A stretch of DNA of 63,257 nt, filler included, from Reticulomyxa filosa (Eukaryota > Protista > Foraminifera): NCBI GenBank assembly GCA_000512085.1. It is 22 parts of 22 records of this genome, joined end to end, with 100 filler letters (N's around TTAATTAATTAA, not from the genome) between each part and the next. Parts side by side here need not be neighbours in the genome. Positions count along the whole stretch, not along the records: positions 51,573 to 59,423 come from ASPP01023722.1; positions 59,524 to 61,875 come from ASPP01037725.1; positions 61,976 to 63,257 come from ASPP01021350.1; 19 more parts are not named here. One strand, written 5' to 3'. A program made the position numbers and the translations under genes. The notes beneath the pieces were generated by a model, which was not told where the DNA came from, searched no databases, and was given only the letters and a program-made list of their open reading frames with translations. Of this stretch, positions 54,657-63,257 are shown one piece after another; position 1 is the first letter of the stretch; each line of letters begins with the position of its first letter.

Positions 54657-57217
54657 TCAAGCGTCAAGTTCCAAAACCGGATCAATGTGGTAAGCCGGTG
54701 GTATATCGTGCTCGTTATTATAGTAGGAAGGTTCTTTTTGATACCACGCCAAGTGACGAATAGCTATATCTTGGGGTAGATAGAGTAAAACAACACCAGC
54801 AATATCGGGGCCAAGTATTTCTTCGAGAGCCTTTCTCTTCAAAGGCTTAGAAGTGACGTGTCGATAGATGGATCTCATGTCGGCAACAACATTTTCTTGG
54901 AAATGTGTTATGTAATAAGTGTAAATATACCGATGTTCACCTGATATTTAAATTCAGACACATAATTTTTTTTTCAATAAAAAATGCAAATATACGACAT
55001 AAACATAAAGAAAGTAGAATAGCACTTTCCTGGCAAAATGTGCCATGATAGCCAAAACCATGCAAAAGCATATGGTAAAACTCCAAGGGTTAAAATGAGA
55101 ATAAGAGCAAGATAAAGACCAGTAAGCGTCAATTGCAGAAGATTAACATTTTGAATACCTCCGCTGGCGATGGAATTAACAAGGACACAAACCAAAGGGA
55201 AAATGGGGGAAAGTATGCGACCAATCAAATACATGGGTCCGATTAAATAGGTCATTCCCTGAATCCATTTCAATTCTATTTTTTTTTTTCAATTGCTCGT
55301 AAGTTCTCGGGACTAGTGCCAGAACTGATCAGGGATTCCAAGTCTCGTTTGGTAGAGACGCTCGGAGCAAAATACATAACTTTAAACAAAGAAAAAAAAG
55401 TGGATTGATGAAATTGTTGGCTAAAATAGCGCAGATGAGCAAATGTTAAATTCTCCCAAGAGATTACTTTATTGCTTTCTCTTTTTTCATTTTCCTGTTC
55501 TTTTTTTTCCTTTTCTTCTGTCTCTTCAAGCATTCTTTCTTTCTGTTCATACCTTGACATAGCTACATGCACAGTATTTGGGCTTTTCGATATTCCATCG
55601 CCATCGAGGAACGAATCACACAAAAACTCATGAAATTTGTAATCTTGGGCGACACGTCTTCCACTCACACACCAGTTGACGATTGCAATTCGCACGACAG
55701 TGTCGTGGAATCGGCGGTTCAATAACGCCGAGCAGGTGGGCGAATCCATGAAAAACTCGGGACAGTCAATTGACAAATTATCTCTGTGGGGCAGCGTTGG
55801 ATACCGTTCTTTGGGCAATTCGAACGCCTTCGCGTAATTATGTTTCGCATTGAATCGCGAATGATCGTCATGAGCCGTCAACATCTTGGGCAGGGGTCCA
55901 CAGCAAGAATAGCTCATCGAGCATCGACGCGAGCAAATGCAAGAGGTGAACATCAAATGTAAGAATGTACAATAGCGATTCGACATTGGTGATTGCTGCA
56001 CAAATTTTAGCGCCCCTTGCCAAAACTCACGTTCCTGGTTACTGTTTGTTAGTATACGTAATAATAATGTGATTATTAAGTATGCGTACGCGTTGTACGT
56101 ATGTAATAAAAAGGAACGTTTGATTAATGTTATTTATAATCAGATAATTAAAAAAAAAAAAAAAAAGTTACCTGTATCGGTCATGCGTCATAATGTACAG
56201 AAAAAAGGCAATGCCAGAAAAGAATGGGATTTCGATGACGAACAAGGTGACAGTACTGCCGCAGATAAAGATGATAATTGCAATAACAAAGTAGAAGCAA
56301 AAAAGGGGGAATTTTTTATAGCAAGGCATAGTTTTACGCTTTTCGAGCGCAATTTCCGAATAAAATTCGCCCACGAGGACGCCGCTCAAAGGAATGCCAC
56401 AGTAGAAAATTAAGGGAATGCTAAAGATCAACACTTTTAGAAACCACGCCTGTCCCATAACCGAAAAATCGCCAACAAAGGTATGCGTAACACTGGAGTT
56501 ATCGGGTTTGAAAAACACCCAAGCCACCACCACGAAAATGCCCAAAAAGTCACAAATCATCGACAGCCAGTTGAATATGAAAATCGACACGGTCACCGAC
56601 TGACTAAACACGACCGATTTGGTGGCAAAGCTAATTAGTGACAAAAATATTGATAATAACGTAACCCAATTCACGCGTGATGTATACACAATGGCACTCA
56701 TTTGAATCAAACATTGTGGAAACGCTTCCACCGTGGCTTCCAAAAGAAACCCCATATTTTTATGGATACGTTCACGAACCCATTCTTTTAAGTCCGCTTC
56801 TTCTTCTTCTTCTTCTTGATTTGATGTTGTCGTTTTCTTTTTTTTTTTATTGGTATAAGGTGTATATTCTCTCGTTGATAGACCAAATTTCTCAAACAGC
56901 TTTGATAGTCTGTTGTTCGGTAGTGACGCCCAATAAAATGCAAATGACAACAGCGGCGCCAACGGTAATACGCATGTAAATATCAGCAAGCGTCGCAAAC
57001 ACCCTCGATTATCTCCATATCTCAACACAAACGCAAAACAATAACACAATTGTGCTATTATCAGATTCGCCATACCTACCCAAAAAAATACTGTTTCGCC
57101 GCTTCGATAGTACTCTACCATTACCATCACGTCTGTTATTACGTCTGCCACTGATACTGCTATTGTATAGCCGTCATATAAATACGTTAAAAGGCGAGCT
57201 GATGATTGAGATGGCAT
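54657..57217 (-). CDS. XK-related (Xkr scramblase-like) multi-pass membrane protein with long C-terminal extension
   Basis: ADVITDVMVMVEYY and FLLEATVEAFPQCLIQM match XK family motifs. Multiple TM segments. Four collinear exon ORFs. Confidence 0.7.
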
Positions 57218-57564
57218 CTTATTTTATTTTATTTTTTTACACAAATTACAGCGTTTGTCTAGTGTCCTCTTGTCGAGTTTTTAGTTTTAACTGTGTCCCG
57301 TTTTTGGTTTCTAAAGTGCTTTATTCATTTCAAAGGTTTATCCATATTAATTTATTATTAAAAGAAGAGAAACTTCATAACTGGCCTAAAAGCGTCCGGA
57401 AACATAACTGAAATAAACTGACAAAATTTTGAAAAAATCAAAGTTTTGCGTACATATATGTATACAAACAAATTTTTCAACTATTCACGTTCATCATTAC
57501 TGTGAGAAAGTGGTGGACTCAAGCATGGACGAGAGGGGGAGTGACTTTAATTCGCCAAAAAAAA

Positions 57565-57900
57565 ATGACTCGAAACATTCGCAATTATCATCACGATAGA
57601 AACAATTTTGTTGAATCATATGATGATGACTATTATTCATATCAGCATGAAACTGATGAAGGACGGAACAACTACTACAGCGAGGAACGCGACGACAGTC
57701 GCAGAGGTCGCGTAGAGAGCCATCCCAGCGAAAGGCAAAACTTTCAAACCCGGACGGCAAGAGACATGGAAACGCGTGAATGGGCAGGTAATAGGAGACG
57801 ACTAAGACAAGAAATTGACGACCGAGCGAGGCCTGCTCGAGGTAAAAATGTGCGCAAAATCATTGAGCAACGATCAAGTCAAGTTACCGAAACTGAATAA
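57565..57900 (+). CDS. Arg/Asp/Tyr-rich low-complexity exon (own gene or 5' exon of the SDR)
   Basis: ATG at 57565, open hydrophilic frame, followed by an intron-like T/A-rich stretch. Confidence 0.4.
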   Translation: MTRNIRNYHHDRNNFVESYDDDYYSYQHETDEGRNNYYSEERDDSRRGRVESHPSERQNFQTRTARDMETREWAGNRRRLRQEIDDRARPARGKNVRKIIEQRSSQVTETE

Positions 57901-58187
57901 TTTTTGTTTCTCCGTTTTGCCCCTTGTTTTTTTTTTTTTATTAAAAAAAAATTTTTTTGTCATTAAAGGGTGTGTGTGGGATCATTATATTCTAATGCAT
58001 AAAAAAAAAAATGATTATAGAGAGCAGAAAGAAGAGGTGAGGACATTGCCAGGTACATACCAGATCAAGTGGAGAGTAATCAGCAAGAAAATGAAGAGGG
58101 AGAGGAACAAGAGAAGAGATTGGAGACGGAAGTAAAAGCAAAGAAAAACAAGAAGAACCGAAAAAAAAAAAAGGAAAGTATAACGAA

Positions 58188-59261
58188 GTGGCAAATGAGA
58201 ACGTAGCGGCGACGACAACAACAATGGAGAACAATGCGCAGGCCAAAAAAAAAGAAAACGAACAGCACAAAAAAAAGAAGAAGAACTCATTGAAACAACA
58301 AAGGCGCAAAGTGTGGCTGCCACGATTCGCAAAGAAAACAAAGTTCAGGATTGCCAGGAAACGGTTCGAAGACAGGATAGTATGCGTCACCGGCGTTGGC
58401 AAAGGAATCGGACACGATCTAATTTTGGAATTGCTTCAAGAGAAAGCCTTTGTTATTGGGGTCTCGCGAACGCAGGAGGATTTGGACAAATTGAGACAAA
58501 TCATTGACCAACGAGTGCAATTGCAACAGGCCCACGCACAATCGGATCAAAAAGATAGTCAAGACAAAAAGGAAGGAGATGAAGATGAAAATGAAGAAGA
58601 TGAACAAGAAACAGAGAAGAAAAATGAAAAAGGAAACGAAAATGCAGAAATAAAGACTACACTCAATACTAATCCTTCTTATCGATTGATATGTGCCGAT
58701 TTGAGTGTGCGAAAAGACGTAGAAACGGTGGTGCAAGAATGCATTGCTGCAAAGGTGGACATGCTTGTAAATAACGCAGGCGTAGCAGGCGTTTCAAAGT
58801 TTTTGGACACGAAATACGAAGACTTGCGCAGGGTACATTCAGTCAACTTTGAAGCCGCGTTTTTGCTGTCGCAAGGAATTGCAAAATATTGGGTGGAAAA
58901 CAAAATCAAAGGCAGCATTGTCAATATCTCGTCTAGCGCCTCTTTGCGGGTCTTGGATGAACATACCGCTTATTGCACCAGCAAATTTGCTTTGGATGGT
59001 CTCACGAAATGTATGGCCTTGGAACTGGGTTGCCATGGAATTCGCGTCAATAGTGTTCATCCAACCGTTGTCTTAACTCCCATGGGAATTTCGGTTTGGC
59101 AGAATAATTCAAAGAAAGGCAACGCTTTGTTAGAGCTCATTCCTATGCATCGCTTTGTTGAAACACAAGAAGTCATTAAGGCTGTCATGTTCTTGTTGTC
59201 CGATGAGTCGTCTATGATCACCGGGGCATTGCTGCCTATTGATGGGGGTTTATCTTTGTGA
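58188..59261 (+). CDS. Short-chain dehydrogenase/reductase, L-xylulose reductase (DCXR)-like
   Basis: VTGVGKGIG, LVNNAGV, GSIVNISS, YCTSK (YxxxK), MALELGCHGIRVNSVHPTVVLTPMG and LPIDGG. Confidence 0.88.
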   Translation: MANENVAATTTTMENNAQAKKKENEQHKKKKKNSLKQQRRKVWLPRFAKKTKFRIARKRFEDRIVCVTGVGKGIGHDLILELLQEKAFVIGVSRTQEDLDKLRQIIDQRVQLQQAHAQSDQKDSQDKKEGDEDENEEDEQETEKKNEKGNENAEIKTTLNTNPSYRLICADLSVRKDVETVVQECIAAKVDMLVNNAGVAGVSKFLDTKYEDLRRVHSVNFEAAFLLSQGIAKYWVENKIKGSIVNISSSASLRVLDEHTAYCTSKFALDGLTKCMALELGCHGIRVNSVHPTVVLTPMGISVWQNNSKKGNALLELIPMHRFVETQEVIKAVMFLLSDESSMITGALLPIDGGLSL

Positions 59262-60878
59262 TGCATTGTTTTTTTTTCCTCTACACCCTCTATCCAAAGA
59301 GACTTGTGTTATTTAATTGGCTTTTTACTACAAACAAGTTTTTTTCCCTCTTGTTTTCCATCAACCAAGTCCCACAATGCTGGAAAACTGTGCTGTTAAC
59401 TTGTACCAAATTTCTTGTCTCTCNNNNNNNNNNNNNNNNNNNNNNNNNNNNNNNNNNNNNNNNNNNNTTAATTAATTAANNNNNNNNNNNNNNNNNNNNN
59501 NNNNNNNNNNNNNNNNNNNNNNNCATTGGGAAAAAATCATTGGGAAAAAAGTGTTGGGAAAAAGATATTGAAAAGATATTAGAAAAGAATATAAAAAAGT
59601 AAATGGAAAAAGGGGGGACATGGCAAAGCGCCAAAGAAGCTTAAACTTTGATCTGCAGGCACCAACGAACAAGAGAAAGTTGGTAATTATGAAAACGTTG
59701 TGTGCGTACGCACATTCGCAGCTTTGGGTGTCAGATCGTGTGCGTATGTCGGTGGTAGGAATCTTAGCAACGAATGCGCACAAGAATGAAAAAAATGGTA
59801 ATTCTCCTCCTATCAAATTGCAATGGAAATATTGGATATGCTAGAAATGCCGCGCAAAGTTGTCTATCATCAAAAGGTAGACGATTTTTTCAATTGCAAA
59901 GCCGTCCGCTCTCGTATAGCAGTTGGACAAGATCTTCCCGACCAATCCCGGAAAGTTGGGTCTTGGTTCCAGACAACGAAAGAAATTGCCAAGAAGAAAA
60001 AAGAAAGAAATTGTAATACGCGCAAATTAGAAAAGATGGTGCCGCAACGACTACACAGAAGAAGTGGAAATCGATGAAACAAAGAACGTGGAAGTCGTTA
60101 GGAAATAGTTACCCATCGCAATCGAGAAAGTCGATCATTGGGAGAATGTTCCATATGAAGTGGCTTAACTTGGTGGAGGTGTGCGAAAATCCGTGAAGGT
60201 ATTGGCAGGCAAGAAGATAAGTATGAGGAAGAGGAGGAGAAAGATGGGAATGAAGAAAGAATCTCGCGTTGGACCGTTAAAAAAAAAATTATATCTAGAT
60301 TTTCTAAGTGTGGTTGTGTATAGCTCTTCACGCCCGCAAGTGGAGACTTTGTGTTTCCAGACCATACACTACCTTTCAATAGAACGCACGCCGATCAAAA
60401 ACAATGAAAAAGTGTGTGGAAACGCTTTGCAGTGGTCACGCGAACAATTGGAACGAACTTGACCATCAACATATGTGCACACAAATCTCTAGCGCTGTGT
60501 CACTTCAACAATCATCCGCAAAGAGGAAGTCGAGCTGCGATTTCCATGGTCCAACGAGCAATTGAAGCGCGATTGTTATAAAAATAGAGCTATTACTGAT
60601 GTCGAAACCGGCCGTGACCGTGCGCATATCCGCAACTTTGGCTTTTTAGCCGTCCGTGTGCTGCCGATGGGAGAAATGATAAGATCGCGAGTAACACAAG
60701 CATTAATGATTGTGAAAGGAGATAGAGAGAGAAAGCGAGAGAACTGGCTCAATTCGGCAAAAAATTATAGTCACTTATTCAACAGACGCAAGGCACTCGC
60801 CTCTTGCAGTGATGGTCTCCAGACGGCGTGTTGGATGCGACGCAATACTTTGTCTTCATTGCATTATCACAGTACGTG

Positions 60879-60919
60879 GAGAACATTGGAGTGTGAGTAG
60901 AGAACATTGGAGTGTGAGT
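60879..60919. repeat. Perfect 20-nt tandem duplication
   Basis: gagaacattggagtgtgagt at 60879-60898 and 60900-60919. Confidence 0.9.
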
Positions 60920-62274
60920 CGCCAAATTTAATTGGATTTGAGTCGACGTGGTTTTAAATTGTTGAGCTCAAACATCGTTGAAACCATGGTACTCAAAAAC
61001 GCAAAAACGAATACGTCAAATAATGAAGAAAGAAATAAGCATTGAAGCGCCCATGCAAATGTTATCGAATGAATGCGTGATGATTAATGTAAAAATTTAT
61101 AGGAACAGCCATTATCCAATGTCAATGTGTGTCCTTCGTATTTAGAAATTATCCATCATATGATCGCATCGGAATAGTTGAAGAAAGATGTCCTCAATTG
61201 AACTGGGACATTTTTTTTTTTCTTGGTAAACTTGCTTTCGTAGTCGGGTAGCGTCAAGATCCGGAAAGAAACACTTCAAAAAAAAAAAACGATAGCAGCG
61301 ACATGATTGATCGAAAAAATGAAAGACAAAGAAAAGTGGATGCGGAAGTTATAGAAAACATCACATATGACGATCGAGTAAGCCACTGTCACATGGAACT
61401 ATTCTCCCGATGTTGTTGTGGCTCCAATTTGGTGGATTAATTCTGCGATGCTCAAGTCAAGAACCATTAGCAAATAAGAAGGAGATGATGCTGTAGGAAA
61501 ATATTGTTTCAAGGCCATATCGTCGTTGGAATTGTTTTAAAAAGAAAAAAAACGTTGTCAATCGATGTACTTTGGTTATGGCTCTTCATGCTCACAAGTA
61601 GTGGCTTTTGCAGGTTCTTAGCGTGGACTATTTCACATAGTGCGCACCTCAAAGAAAGCTGCTGGATGGATGTGACAACGCCAAGCGCAGTACCAACAAC
61701 GATAATGACGACGACCACGAAATGCAGTCCATGTTCTTTCTACTCATTTGTCAATTGTGCTCCACAATATTTGGATGCTACTGCTGTTGGTTTGCGCGAA
61801 CGATAGCTAATGTTGCACATTTATTGCAAAAAGTAACAAGGCCGTGTCAATTGATAAATGGATCGACGATTCAAANNNNNNNNNNNNNNNNNNNNNNNNN
61901 NNNNNNNNNNNNNNNNNNNTTAATTAATTAANNNNNNNNNNNNNNNNNNNNNNNNNNNNNNNNNNNNNNNNNNNNTATATTTAATATATGTTGTTTTTTT
62001 AAAAATAAAACATTAAATATATATTTTTTTTATTTTATTTTGTTAATATTTTAATTTGTTTATCTCTTTTAACGGTAGAATAATCAAATTAAAATATTAC
62101 TACAATTAAAATAATATTAAAATATATTTTTCATTTTATTTTTATACAAAAAATTATAATTAAAAATCCATATTAGTCACTGTATCAAGGAGTTCCAGCA
62201 ATATGTAGGGTTTTTTTAATTATTTTATTTTATTATTTTTTATTTATTTATATTTTTATATTTATAAAGAATTA

Positions 62275-63257
62275 TTGGCAGATATTGCAGAGCAAACAGA
62301 GAATGTATTTGCACTGGATATATTGAACGATTATCACAAAATATTGTTGAATAAGTTGGCAAATCCACGAAACTTCATTGAAGATCCAAGTAAAGTGTTT
62401 CAACATTTTATCACAGAAAAATCCACATCAACTGTTAATTTACAAGTCGAAAAACACAAAGCCAACATTTTGCGTGCATTCAAACATCATCATTATCCAA
62501 TTGTACAAACCAAATTGGACGAACTCATTAATTTGCAATCAGTATTGAAAAGTGATACAATTGAAATAACTTATCGAGATTGCATCAATCAATTAACTCG
62601 GGATTGGAACACAAATCAATGCAGCCAAACATACCTTTGAATATTTGAGTTGCAGAGATTTTAAAAGTTTTGAGCCACTGTTTAATGCATTTGGTGTTGT
62701 GGACCACATTCATTATGGCACATTCAACAAACTCTGTGAGCGTATCATCAACGAGGGAGGTGATGTTCGCAAACTTGTGGAAAATTTGATTATTCCCAAT
62801 GATGAAAAAAAGATTGCGGAAACACCACGTGTCACTCGTGCTAGAGTGTTATTGATTGATGAAGTTGATGTATTTTTCAACAAAGAATTCTATGTCAGTT
62901 GTTATTCCCCTGCTGCCCACTTTGTGACATGATGCAATTACCAAACTCATTAATTACATTTGGGAAAATCATGAATCCTTGTTACAATTGAATGATGTAA
63001 AACGATCGCGAGAATATGAAGAGTGCTGTAAATTATTACATGGATGGGACAAATTGTTAGACGAAGCGATCAAAGATATGCTGAGTGATGTGCAAACATT
63101 TAAATCTCATGGATATCAAGTGAGCAATAATAAGATTGGATAGAAAGAACAGGATAGTATTTGTTATAACGTTCGTTATGGTTACAAGACTTTATTTGCA
63201 TATTATCATGAATATTCACAAAATAAAATCAGTGCTGTAAGTTTAAAAAACAGTATA
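62275..63257 (+). pseudogene. SecA-DEAD-like SF2 ATPase, disrupted
   Basis: EYLSCRDFKSFEPLFNAFGV, IHYGTFNKLCE and VLLIDEVDVFF parallel SecA motifs (LA.RD, I.YGT, IVDEVD). In-frame stops near 62930 and 63141. No Walker A motif is visible. Confidence 0.6.

Noticed and set aside
62640-63257. Stop-codon reassignment or readthrough
   Set aside because: Conserved genes in the window translate with the standard code and end at normal stops. In-frame stops co-occur with frameshifts and deletions, which indicates pseudogenes.

Overview
This window is not one locus. It consists of 22 short contigs joined by an artificial 100-nt linker (N44-TTAATTAATTAA-N44, which gives stops in all six frames). Twenty contigs are AT-rich, intron-containing eukaryotic DNA. 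Their expanded WD40, kelch-like and NACHT families and many pseudogenes resemble the foraminiferan Reticulomyxa filosa (inference, not verified by search). Recognisable genes are a PKA-type kinase, G-alpha, a 2OG-Fe(II) oxygenase, UBA3, diacylglycerol kinase, a PDS5-like protein, the PP2A A subunit, AMPK/SNF1 alpha, an XK-related protein and a DCXR-like SDR. Two contigs (29225-30929 and 47764-50022) are GC-rich betaproteobacterial DNA carrying tandem PglL-type O-oligosaccharyltransferases and spoT-thiS-thiG / rpsU-yqeY-dnaG. The most interesting signals are: (1) a ~33-aa module on its own phase-0 exon, N-terminal in WD40 propeller genes and C-terminal in kelch-like propeller genes (four copies), a candidate lineage-specific F-box/SOCS-box-like adaptor; (2) a predicted kelch-PKA catalytic fusion with an RRMSL site in the linker; (3) GC-cored foldback hairpins that recur on two contigs.
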